NCBI GenBank assembly: GCA_050084985.1
Contig: JBITNC010000001.1
Location: forward strand, 114,886,001-114,950,000
From: Nageia nagi
Lineage: Eukaryota > Plantae > Pinophyta
DNA: 64,000 bases
Reading direction: 5' to 3'
Shown: positions 38,890 through 51,330 of the stretch, one piece after another
Layout of the letters: each line of letters opens with the position of its first letter
How positions within the stretch are numbered: the first letter of the stretch is position 1
Notes under the pieces: generated by a model
Told to the model about the DNA's origin: nothing
What the model saw: only the letters and a program-made list of their open reading frames with translations
The model's database searches: none
Translations under genes and position numbers: made by a program

Positions 38890-41680
38890 TGTTAGACACC
38901 TAATCTTTAGGGATTAAGGTATTTATAATATAGTAGTAGTACTTACTATATTTAGTAAATTTGGCTATAGAAGTTTACTTGATTTTTAGGAGTAATAAGG
39001 AAAGGCATATGAAGAGTCCATGTGTGATCCAAAGGTCAACCATGGAGACGAATATGTAAACTTACTTTGTGATGTATTTAATCTTCTCTCAAATTTAATA
39101 TAATATTTTTTGCCTTCGAGTTATTCTAAGTTCTTTCAATAGTATCAGAGCTATGAAGATCCAAATACTTGGTGAGTATTTTGCACGCAATGTACCAGAA
39201 AAGGTCTTGTTGAAATCTTCAACCTGATTCTAAAACGGATGCTTGTATATGTAAATATCTTTCTAGTTTGCCTTAGAACTCCATGATAAACGAAGTAAAA
39301 ATTTGCCAAAATTTTCCCGGAATCTTTGCCCTTCGTTTTTTCAAAATTTGCTCCTCCAAATCAAAATGTGAATCCATATTCGGATACCCATTTCTGAGCT
39401 GATCAATTTCATGTATTGGGTCGAATGTTTTTGTACCCGTTTGTGCATAAAATAATTCTCTAAACTTTGCAGCCTGTGTTTAGGGCTTAGAGGCCTAATC
39501 CATGATTTTGAAAAGTTGTGGTTTTGTTTAAAAAAAATATCACCTGTTTTAAATTTAAAAAAAAAGCTCCATGTGTTGGCAAATAAAATATTGTAGATTG
39601 TGCATGCATTTCATAAAATATTGTGGATTGTGCACCATGGACCTTTGTGCTCGGGTGGTGCACCACATAGACCCTCACGCACCCTACAACCTCCCCAGCC
39701 ACATGGCTGCCCAACATACCCTACGCTTGGTCCCTGTGTGGACACCTTGCTACTCGGACCCGTCTAGTAAGTGCCTTGCAACTTGGCGCCCTGCTAGCCC
39801 CCACCACCCACCTGTCCACCTCTGTACATTTTGTCCCACTTAACCCAGTCAAACCCACATTTGACACACCAATATAAATAAAAATAATAATTTTCAAAAT
39901 CAATAGTTTAAATTTCAACTCATTTAAATTTGAAATTTTTAAATTTTAATTTAAAGTTGGGATTAAACTAATAAAAATATTACAAACTGTATTTTTGTAA
40001 TAAAATACACATTTCAGCTCTGATTTGGACAATTCTTTTTTCCATTGGATCCAGAATTTTGAAGACTACAAACTAAGAACAGTGTGAACCTTCTTGGTGT
40101 TATGAAACGACTTTTTTTTGGGGAAAGAAGTAAAGAATTTTGTGAAGATAACATGAGCTTTGAGGATTTGACAAAATGCAATTCCTAGTGAGTATTGTTG
40201 GTGTCGTATTGACCGGAAAAGAGAACTATCTCGAGTGGTCTAGAAAACTCAAACAAATCCTCATTTTCAATGACTTTTGGTTGGTATTTGTGATTGAGAC
40301 AATCCTACTAGAAACCGATTGATGCCAAAAAGGTTGCGATTTGGAATGATAAAAATATGAAGGTGTATGTTTTGAATGTTGCTTAAATGAATGAAGAGGT
40401 TAATCGCCATACTAACTCAATAGATGATGCATGGAATGCCTTAAAAAAGTTGAAAGACTTATTTGACTTCCAATCTGAATTGGAACTAATCCAATTACAG
40501 TTGAAACTTTTCAACCTTGAGTTGAAGGATAATGATCTCATGGCGTTGATTTCAAAAATCTAAGCCATTATGCATCACATTGATTCTACAAATGTGAAGA
40601 TAGATATTGCTCTCACAACCTTGATTAAGGCCCTCTACCCAACATTTTACCATTACCTTGAGTCACTCCAAGGTCTTGGTCAATTGAAAGCTCTCATGTT
40701 TGATACATTGGTCAATGAAATTGCAGTGCGTGAGAAAGCTTTTGGCAAACAAATTGTAGAACCTGTTGAAGATACCTTATGTGTTGGCCAAAAAAGAAAG
40801 AATCCACAATATGATTCTTCAAGAAGAGAGGGTAGCAGACATGGTCATGGTATGAATAATAAAAGCAAGGGGTTGATCTAATCAAGCTGACCATGGGGAG
40901 AAATCTAATCTTCATTGTGCCCAATGTAACAAGAATGGGCATGATGCAAACACTTGTCCAACACCATGGGACAAAACCAAAGATAAACATAAAAATTGGG
41001 AGCAAAAGGAATGAAACGAGTAAGAACTCTAAAACTAGTCATTTTCTTATCATCGAGTGCAATATTGGTATTGAGGATTTGCTCAATACTTCATACACAT
41101 CATGGAAAGAGTGTGGCATGGTTGCTTGATATTGGTGTTTCATGTCATATGAGCTTTAGGAGAGACTTCTTTAGACCTCCTAGGATTGGCACTATACGAG
41201 TTAATTTGTTTGGACTTCCAAATTTTGTTTTTAATGATGTTCTCTATCTTCCAAAATTGCAAAGGAACTTGCTTTCTCTAGTCATAATCCATCAATAGGG
41301 GCATTCCATTCACATGTTCAACAACAAGGTAGAGATAAAGAGATCTTTCGACAACAAGATTGCGATGTTTGGAATGAAGGATGAGAAGCCATAGAAGCTA
41401 AAAGGCACTTTGGTTTGATCGAAGAATATTGCATTTCTCACCCATCAAGAAAAAGGCACACTTCCATCTAATCTTTTGTGGCATGCTAGATTTGGGCACC
41501 TTAATTATGATTACCTTTGTTTAATGAAGAAGCATGCTACTAATGGTTTGCCAACAATTCCTAAAACCATAGAACCTAGTGAACCATGTGTTTTAGGCAA
41601 CCACCGCAAATAATCTTTAATTGATTCAAAATGGAGAGCATGTAAAAAGCTTGAACTCATCCACTCTGATTTGTGTAGAC
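38890..41680 (+). mobile_element. Truncated, degenerate Ty1/copia element (LTR ~38890-39138, PBS, gag-PR-start of integrase)
   Basis: PBS-like tagtatcagagc at 39140; LTGKENYLEW gag start, WLLDIGVSCHM protease, LWHARFGHLNY GAG-pre-integrase, and LELIHSDLC ending at the hAT junction. Confidence 0.82.
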
Positions 41681-42459
41681 CAATGTTGTTAGGGGATGCA
41701 TCCCCAGTTTTTTTTTCTCGTTTCCCTGTCTCTCTTGTCCCCAAGATTGGGGAATGCCTTAGGGGACATTTCCTAGCCATTCCCTTTTTAGAGTGTACGA
41801 AGGGTATGTCCCAAAGATGATTTCCAAGGACCTAGGAACATTTCCTTTTAAGTTTTACAAATGGGGATGGCTAGCCGTCTCTTGACCGTCCATAGGGATG
41901 GATTCCCATCCCCCCTATCTAGCTGGCACTTGACACTTTAAAAAAAAAAACTCAACTTTTTTTAAATTTTTTTCATAAACCTTATAGAGGTGGGTCCCAC
42001 AAATATCTCCACACCCCAACCCTATAAACATGCCTTTAGATTCAAAATGCAATCATTTTGTTATTTACACTACCCACCGAAAGGAGAGAAAAGCAACAAT
42101 AAAGAAGAGAGAAGGAAAACAAGGAGTGAAGAGCAACATTGAGGTAAGTTTTTCTTCTATTTTATCTTCCATTCCAAATTTCCTGTTGTTTTTGTATCTT
42201 TGGTTTTATTTTATCTTCCATTCCAAGTTTTTTTCATGTATACTATTGGACACAATCCCCATTAAACATTTGTTGTGATCAATGAGTCCTCAATGCTTAT
42301 CCATGCATTTCGTTCATACTACATAGACTTCAACCCTGCTATTGATGTATGCACATTAACAACAACTCTCATTGCTATTAAACAGATTGTTTATGTTACT
42401 ATTAGTGACTTTTTTTATTTTTTTATGGTTGTTAGTGATTGTTACTAACAGCCAAAAAA

Positions 42460-42949
42460 TGTTAGAATTTGTAATGAAATATTGTGAATATCTAAACTCC
42501 TTGTAAATTCAATTAATCACTTAAAGGATATGTAGATACCTTAAGGGATTAATTAAATTCTTTATTATGTGTGGATTTTGACCTTACCATGGGGTTAGTT
42601 GGTAGGTTAAAGTTAGCTCATACATTTATTGTAACCCTAACCTTACCCTTGGGTTAAAGGGAGGTTAGGGAGGTGCTCTCATGCTATAAATAGAGGGCCT
42701 CTCCTCTTGTAACATAACTAAGATTTGGAGTGAGATTACTCTACTAGTTTGTGTAGGAGAGAAAAAGAATTGTAGGAAAAGGTGCATAGATTGAGAATTG
42801 AGAACTAGTTGTGGATGTACTCCCAAGGAGGGAGGAACCACATTATATTTGTGTTATCTTGTGTGAATGGTGTTATTAGTTTGTAGATGATGAATGATTG
42901 AGTTTCCTAGTCTTGGACCTTGAGGATTAGTGTAGTCCTAATTCCTTCA
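42460..42949 (+). mobile_element. Solo LTR of the same family as the 50059 copia, AAAAA TSD
   Basis: TGTTAGAATTTG...CCTTCA, 490 bp, colinear with 50059-50547, with AAAAA flanks. Confidence 0.92.
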
Positions 42950-43078
42950 AAAAAATAGTCACTAACAGTAATATAAACAATCCCATACAAATAACATATG
43001 TCTATTAGTGATTGTTTTTTTAATTGTTCTAACAGGTATCAAAGGGACTGTTGGACAGCAGATTGAAAGTTTGAAAAA

Positions 43079-45608
43079 ATGAGCAACAATGAAAAAGGTT
43101 TTCAATCTTAAAAGGAAGTGGAACATCATTCTCATTCTACAAACCCATCAACACCTTCTCAAAGTCAAACTTCCAACACCTCTAATTATGATTGTCCATT
43201 AGCAATGTTGAGACAATATGCTAAAGGTACTTTCAACAAGAAAAAACCACTTTTGTAATTTGTCACAAAGCTTGATGCACAAAAAAAATTTAGGGGGTAC
43301 AAGAAATTGGTTATGTCATTTTTGTAAAACCAAGTTTCAAGGAAGCTACACCAGGGTTGAATCTCATTTGATAGACAAATCAGAAGTAAGGGTTAGAGGT
43401 TGCAAAGGCATGAATCATCTTCAAGTGGTTGAAGCTTATAAGTTGGTGCAAGAGGCCAAAGTTAAAAATTTAGGCCCCTTTGTAGTTGGCCAATCATCTA
43501 AAGCTAGAAGTGAGCATGTAGACACCTCAAGTCAACAACCTCAAACCTCAAATATCCCACCACATCCCTCCAAGAAAAGAGCAATAACTGATATGCTTAA
43601 TGTGCAAGCAGTGGAAGAAGCAAATGATGCTATTGATCAAATGTTTTATGCACATGGGCTTCCTTTTCATCTTGCAAATTCCCCTTATATGAATGAAGTA
43701 TTTAAAAAATATGCCAAGGCGGGCCCTTCATATCATAAGCTTTGTACCATCCACTTGGACAAACATTATGCCAAATGCAAATTGGTTAAGGAACGTATGA
43801 TGGAGACATTGTTGAGATTTGGGTGTTCTATCATAATGGATGGATGGGTGGACTGATAGACATTATCGTCCACTTATCAATATTATTGTTACATCCATAT
43901 CAGATCATTAGACTAAACCTTGTTTATAAACTTACTAGTATTACGTACTAGCATAGTGTTTTAACTTTTTTTTCTTGCTTGGCATTTGATTCATTGAATT
44001 GTTTTGTCATTAGGTCCTTATTTTCTTCGAGCCATTGATGCCTCGAGGGATAAAAAGGATTTTGAGTACATCTACCTGAAGTTGAAGGAAGCTATTAATG
44101 AGATTGGAGATACAAATGTTGTACAGGTAATCAATTTTTGTTTTAACTTTAGTTTTTTCCTCATGAAATTTATTTTATAATATTGTGTAAATCATAACAA
44201 AATATTTTGTTGTGTACTATACGTGATTACTAATGCAACCCATGTTTGCAAGAAAGCAAGGCAAATAATACAAAACAATTATAAACATATTTTTTGGATC
44301 TCGTGTTGTTTTCATGCATTGAACAACGCATTGAAGGACATTGGGAAGATATCTTAGGTGAAGGATCTACTTTCTAAATCAAATGGTTGCAACCGTCACA
44401 CTTCCTTAGCCATCTTTCAATCCTTCTCAAAGAAAGAGTTCATCAAGCCAGGAGATACTAGATATGCCATCTACTTCATTTTATTGGAGAGAATGATTGA
44501 GGTGCAAGATGCTTTGCAAACCATGGTGGTATGCACAAAGTGGAAGAGGTGGGATGAATCAAAAACAGAGGAGTGAAAGAGAATCGGAGATAAAATATGA
44601 ATGAACGATGGTGGAATGATGCAAACTAAGAAATTAGAAATGTTAAAATTAATTTTAAATTAGATTGTTCATTGGTCATATAATCTAAGTTCTTTTTTTT
44701 TTTTATTTCTTGTAGGTACATTGTGTCTTTCATAAACACAATTGTTGCAATTATCATATATGTTGATACAGATGCTCCTAATCTGGGAGAGATTTATAAG
44801 ACATTTGATAGCATGTTAAGGAAGATATGAAGAGAATCATTTGTGACAAAGATCCATCATTCTATGAGAGACACATTAAACCTATTGTACAGAAGAGATG
44901 GGATAATATGAACAACCTTCTTCATATGGCCTAGGAGAGTGACTCCCTATGAGGATAAAAAGTTGATTTATTCTTGGATCAAAACTCATTCTAAGTTAAA
45001 ATTTCTTATTTCAAGTTATTTACTTATTTTATTTTTAAATATTTTTGCATGTAAATATTAAATCTTAACTTTCTCTTTACTATTGCTCAGGTGATAAAAG
45101 GGTTTTCGGCTTCCCTTGACAAAATGTATGGCATGGAGGGCTCGAGAGTTAGAGATGAATGGCTCAAATTTGTGACTCTTAGTGGCCCTTTCAAGCAACC
45201 AAATGCTATACACGATAGAGCTATCATTTCTCAAAGAGATCCCATTGGATGGTGGATGCTATACGGAGATGATACACCTAATTTGCAATATCTTGCAATT
45301 AGGTTGCTTTCCTAGGCTACTAGTTCCTTTGTTGCTGAAAGTAATTGGTCCACATATGGATTTGTACACAATTTGAGAAGGAACAACCTTACATCTCATA
45401 GAACGGAGAAGCTAGTTGCAATGCATAGCTCTCTTCGCCTCCGTGATAGAGTTAGACCAAAGTATAAGGCATCTCCAATTGCACGATGGGATGTTGATGT
45501 AGAGGATATGATTCAGTGTAAGGATGAGGAGGATTAGCAGGATTTGGTTGGAGTTCCATTAAATGTTGTTCCTTTGGATGATGAGAGTAGCTCGTACCTC
45601 ATGAGCTA
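43079..45608 (+). pseudogene. hAT transposase pseudogene (BED finger, DUF659-type core, dimerisation domain) with introns
   Basis: Motifs WLCHFC..F.GSYTRV..HL, GCSIIMDGW, CCFHALNNALKDIG, KPGDTRYA and WWMLYG..TPNLQYLAIRLLS...E.NWSTY, with multiple stops. Confidence 0.9.
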
Positions 45609-48127
45609 ATAGACTTCTAGTTTACTGTTTTAGTTTTTGACATTTTGACTTATTTGACATATTCATGTAAAAGACTATGTTTTGGAGCCTTAGCATATTC
45701 AAAATTAATGGCATTAGAGCTTATTCTAAGTGCGAAGGAATTGCCACATATTGAGGCATTGTATTTGACATTTGACATGAATCGTGACATATTTTGAAAG
45801 TTGTACCTTTTTATGTTATAAGCAATACAAAAATATGCCGCTTCCTCTTCATGATATTCTTATGAGTACACTACTACGTTTTTATTTGTATAATGTTGAA
45901 TGTTGATTAATTGTGATAGAAGATACTAATATGCATGAAAACGAATTTTTTTCAATGAAAATTTGCATTTTTTGGTTCCTTTTGTCAAGCATCGAGTTCA
46001 AGACTCGAGTGGACCTAGCCAAGTCTGAGCCAAGTTTCTCAACTATGGTTTACCACATGAACAAGTTATTAGATGAACACAAATTTGCAGCTTCAAATAA
46101 ATCAAGGGTTCTATTTTGTGAGGTATTTTTTAAGCACATTTGATGAAGTCAGGGCAATAATGATATTGAACATCTTCACTACCATTGAAGTAATCTTTGA
46201 AGCAAATTTTATGTATGGGATCATATGTTCTTTCTCTATTGGATTATAGTTACCATGTCTGAACTCACTTTTGTGTATACTTCTCTAACTATTTTATTGA
46301 TTGATATGACTGTCACTAAGAATGTGCTTCAGTGACTCAGTCCATGTATTTTTGGTGTCTAGCAAGTATTGTGTTATTACAAACCGCTATTGCAATCAAT
46401 CAAATCAAGTCCGATCAAGAATGGTAGATCATTCTGAAAATTGAGATATGTGACTAATTTGACTAGAAATGCCAGATTAGAATCTCAGAAAATTTGAGCC
46501 CACAAAATAACTTCCACTGAACATTTGGTCTAAACTCCTCGACTGGTGGGAGAAGCTTAAAGGTTTAGAAGTAGCAATCTGATTATCAGATAGTAATTGA
46601 TCGGGCTAACACATCTTACCAAATGATACCTGTGTATTTAGACTATTGACAAGACATGTCTGGATGACACATGCTTCCCTATGATGTCATATGATCTTCT
46701 CATCTTAAGCTGATGTCCTCGAAGTGGTTTATCAGGTCAATCCAATTTAATAAGAATGATAAGGCAAAAGTATTGTCCAAATTAGATATTTTACCCTTCA
46801 CAGAAGAGAACACAAATGGTGCCGATCTTTAAAAGTTCATGATGCACGAACAAGTATGATAAGGATGATTTTGGCATAAGATCATCATACAAAGGCACAT
46901 GTAGATCTTCTCATTATCATCAACAGGTACATAGGAAAATAAGCATATCAAATCAAGATTTACCTCCCACATGCTCATATTTATGTTGACCTTTGTATAT
47001 TTCCTTGAGCTCATCAAATCGCACCCCACTAGATGTCATTTGTGCGTTATGTTAGAAAGCATTATTTCAAAAAGCAAATTGCCTATTTAAGCAAACAGAA
47101 ATGCTAGAATTGCATGGTGCTCTATTTCAAAAAAAAAAAAAAATCTAAAGTTCTTGAGTTCATTGGAGGAAGGTATTCAAAAGATGGACGTGACATCAAT
47201 GAAAAAAATGGATAAGAAAAAAAAGAAAAACCCTCACAGATACACTGAATACCAATAAGAAAAGGCTTTCTAATAAGAATTTCGATGTACTAACAACCTT
47301 TGCAACATTGTCATCATGGAGATGTTTACAAAAGTCAAAAAGCCATTGAATGGACAAGAAAGGAAATGTTTTCCTTCCTTAAAAATTCTAAGAGGCAAAA
47401 GAGCTCATTGTAAGTAACCATTGCAAGCATTGTTTTAGGATAGACAAGGGTAAAGCAAGAGTAATTTATTTTAGCATGTGAAATGTTTTCCATTGAAAGG
47501 AATGGAATAACTAATGTGACAAGCACTATACGTACATACATCAATCGTAAATAACAGACTCTATCGAAGACATACTAAGGGAAGAAAAATTATCATAAAC
47601 GTTCGAAAACTTGTGACACATTCTGGAGAACTGAATAGACCTTTAATCCTGCTCAGGTAACACTTCTTCTCCAATGCTGAAAAAACATTCTCCATTTCTA
47701 CACATTTCCCAAATTTCTGAATATATTGAATGTTAATGCCAAAACTTGTAAACAATCCGAGAATTACTCCAAAGTTAAGTAGTGTAACAACTGTGTCTCT
47801 AACTTTGATTTTGCATAGTCAACTCTACATCATGAACCCAATATAACTGCACTCCCAAAATCCTTACAACAACCAAAAAAAAAACTCACAATGCATTAAA
47901 AGAAACCCTAAAAGATGCCAATCATGAGAAAGGTTTTAAGGTATGAATGTCAATTGATTTCAGACTCAGAGCACGCTAAACAGAAAAGAGGAAATAAAGA
48001 ACAGCTAAATCATCACCCTAGATATATGAAAGGATACATACTATTCTGCCCTACTTACTGAAACCAATTTCGATTTTTCGATGGCCGACTTTGATTTGAA
48101 ATACTTAGGTTTGTAGTAAGAACATAC

Positions 48128-48171
48128 CTTCCTCGTTGGAAGTTGCGGCAAAGTTCGGGACGGCGGTTCAT
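48128..48171 (-). CDS. CG1: Nucleoporin CG1/NUP42-like CCCH zinc-finger protein, coding exon 1 (MNRRPELCRNFQRG)
   Basis: ATG at 48171. The peptide matches the N-terminus I recall for plant CG1 (Arabidopsis C3H16-type MRKELCRNFQRGSC). It is followed by donor AG|GTATGT, phase 2. Confidence 0.9.
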
Positions 48172-48964
48172 TGAAATCAGCTTCACTACTACACCAAATT
48201 TTGAAAAAAGTTCTGATCTCCTTAGAGATCGACTCGCAGGCAAGTGCAAATTACAACAGATAAAACCGAATGCTCTTTTCAAATTTTTTTAGACGCTGTG
48301 GCTCTATTTAACTGTTTACCTTTGCTTTTTTGTTTTTAGCTTTTCACCCATCATCTTCTGTTTTTTTTTTTTTTAATAGTTAACCTTTAGAATGAAGGGT
48401 AATGGGAAGGTATCATTTCTCTTAAATTTATTCATCTTTTAATTATAAATAGATAGATTTTAAAAATTCAATTGATTTTGTGATCAAATTACACCATTAA
48501 ATATATAGATAGATTTTGAGATATAGAATAGTTTTGAGGTAGAAATGAAATTAGTTTAATATTGAATTTTTTATTTTTAAAAATTGATTTAATAATTTCA
48601 AAAAATGATATTTAATATTTAGTAGGAAACATGTTAAGTTTTGAAATTGGATCTCTACAATGAAAATTATTTATTTTATTAATTGATTTTTGATGAGTAA
48701 ATTAAATTTTAGTTAATTTTACTTTTAAAAAGATAAATAATATTTCATGAATAGTAAAGTAAATCATGAATACAAATAAATATTAAATAATTAAACAAAT
48801 AATAGTTTTTAATTATAGAAAATTTAAGTTCTTTTTGTTTCTTCATTTTTTGCTTTTTTTGTCTTTATCCTTTTTTCCTCTCTTTTTTATTGTACTATTT
48901 TATTTTTTTTCTCCAACCTACATGCATCCTCTCAACATCCTTTTGGTGTTGTGTCATTTTCTAA

Positions 48965-49730
48965 AATGGTTATCTAGCAATGGCAACAAACAAGCCTAAA
49001 CAACTTTGTCCAATTAAGTAAGCTTATTCCATACAAAAAGTGTTAAATTCATTAAGGATTGCCCTAATAATCCAACTTCAAATGGTTCGAGAATTGCTCA
49101 TCTTTCAATCCTTGATGTTCTCACTAATCAAGAGGCACATTCCAGAAAGAACTACTTGATCGACGAATTCACAAGAACTAACTCCAACATTAACATCATC
49201 CAAAAATGGATATGTAAGAAATGGAAAATTAAAGGATAATTTAACATTATTTCTCTTCCTGAGAGATTTTACACTCTTCAACTTTAGTAAGAATGAGGAT
49301 ATGGAAGATGTGCTTCAAAAAGGGCCTTGGCTTCTTAGAACAAAAGGTTTAATCTTAAAGAAATACTATATGGGTTTAATTAGAAATTGAGAATATTAAA
49401 AAAGCTCTTATTTACATCCAATTACTCAATCTCCTAATTGAATTTTGGAACTTGAATGTCATAATTAGTATTATTAAGCTAATTGGAGAACTAATTGTAT
49501 TTGACTACATCACCAAAATCAAAACAAGAATGTTAACAACAAGATTTTATATCAATGTTAAGCTCTCCAATAACCTCCTAAGAAAAAACATCCTTGACAC
49601 TTATGTAAACCCCTGGAAATAATGCATTGAGTATAAGCAATTGCCCCTTAAGTGCACCATTTATAAGATGGTTGAACATGTAAGTAAGGACTATGTAAAG
49701 AAGCCAAACTAGCCTCCAAGATCCAATAAT
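48965..49730 (+). pseudogene. Degenerate L1 ORF1 (DUF4283 / zinc-knuckle) fragment
   Basis: Remnants EDMEDVLQKGPWLL..KGLILKK, QLLNLLIEFWN and EYKQLPLKC..YKMVEH. Confidence 0.7.
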
Positions 49731-50058
49731 AGTGAAAATAGAAGAAGAATCCCTCCAACTCCATCCTAACCCACTCTTGCAAACACATAGGTAAAAAATA
49801 ATTCATTTGAGATTCCTATAATTGATTTATCTTTGGATGAGGAAGAAGGCGAGTTTAGGTGTCATTAAATTTGTGATAGCTCAAACCCTTAGGACCACCT
49901 TTAACACAAATAATTATGAAACTTGGTACATGAGACTTTTATTATTAAACTTAAATGAAATTGTAAAATCCATAAAAAAGAGTAAGAATAGATGTATATA
50001 TGTATAATAATTATTTATGAGGGTTTATACTATCTATATTAGGATGTGATGGCCCAAA

Positions 50059-50547
50059 TGTTAGAATTTGTAATGAAATATTGTGAATATCTAAACTCCT
50101 TGTAAATTCAATTAATCACTTAAAGGTATGTAGATACCTTAAGAGATTAATAGAATTCTTTAATATGTATACTTTGACTTTACCAAAGTGGTTAGTTGGT
50201 AGGTTGAAGTTTGGTGATACATTTAATGTAACCCTAACCTTACCCTTGGGTTAAAGGAAGGTTAGGGAGGTGCTCTCAAACTATAAATAGAGGGCCTCTC
50301 CTCTTGTAAACATATCTAAGTTTTGAGTAAGATTACTCTACTTGGTTGTGTAGGAGAGAGCTAGAGAATAGTTGTAAGAGAGACATAGATTTGAGAATAA
50401 GAGAACTATTTGTGGATGTACTCCCAAGGAGGGAGGAACCACATTATATTGATGTGTTATCTTGAGTGATTGTCTTATCTTGTGTACATTTGAGTTTCCT
50501 AGTTTAAGGTCCTAAAGGATTTGTTTAGATCTAGTTCAAATCCTTCA
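50059..50547 (+). repeat. 5' LTR of copia element
   Basis: Direct repeat of 58555-59043, with TATA CTATAAATAG at 50281. Confidence 0.97.
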
Positions 50548-50549
50548 AA

Positions 50550-50561
50550 TGGTATCAGAGC
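50550..50561 (+). promoter_or_regulatory. Primer binding site (tRNA-iMet)
   Basis: TGGTATCAGAGC 2 nt after the LTR end. Confidence 0.95.
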
Positions 50562-51152
50562 CTTGTTGTGGAAGCTCTTCTTCTTGGTGTTGAAGCTCTC
50601 CTTGTTGAGGAAGCTCTTCTTTTGGTGTGGAAGCTACATCTTGGAGGTTCATCCTTCTTCACTCCTCATCTTTCACCCCTTTGGTGAGGTAAATTTTAAA
50701 GAGCAGGTATAAAGATACTCCTCATTTGGTCATTTATTTTGATTATTACATAATGCTACTAACACATTATTTGCTATGTGTTAGTCCTTTTTAAGTTATG
50801 ATTAACAAGTTGCAAATTTTTTTTACTAATCCTCTATGATACTTACAATTTTAAATTGCTATAGTTCTTTTAAAAAGGGTTAGTATACAAAAATTGTAAT
50901 TTGTTATTCATATTATGTTGAACTTAAAAGTATGTGTTAGTTCGATTAAATGCCCATATATGATGCAAAATTGCAATATTTATACTAACATTTTTTTATG
51001 TTAGTAGTAATGTATTGTTATGAAATATCTCATATATACTATCATTAGTAAGTTATTGATATGATCCTAAGCAAAAGGCATCAACATTTCCAAAAATAAA
51101 AGGAGGACAAATTTTTTTAAGGGCACAATAATATATTCCAAAAAATCAATAT

Positions 51153-51330
51153 TTATTGTTTTTTGTTGTATAGTTAAAATATATATATATATTTATATAT
51201 ATATATATATTTATTTATTGTACATTTGTTTAAAAGCACTTTATTGTTTTTTGTTTACAATATAGTTAAAATATATATATATCTATATATATATATATAT
51301 TTATTTATTGTAAATTTGTTTAAAAACATT
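51153..51330. repeat. 2 x ~88-bp tandem repeat with (AT)n in the copia leader
   Basis: tttattgttttt...tagttaaaat(at)n...ttatttattgta.atttgtttaaaa occurs twice. Confidence 0.8.

Larger units (their letters stand above)
41681..46047 (+). mobile_element. hAT DNA transposon (degenerate)
   Basis: Left end CAATGTTGTTAGGGGA with GGGGA/TCCCC subterminal motifs, an internal transposase, and a hAT-like right end ...GTTTCTCAACTATG that does not match the left TIR. Confidence 0.75.

Noticed and set aside
48055-48282. 75-aa ORF as a standalone gene
   Set aside because: Only 48128-48171 is coding (CG1 exon 1); the rest is UTR and intron read-through.
48295-48320. TATA box of CG1 (TTAAATA on the minus strand)
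   Set aside because: Weak match in AT-rich DNA with no TSS evidence.
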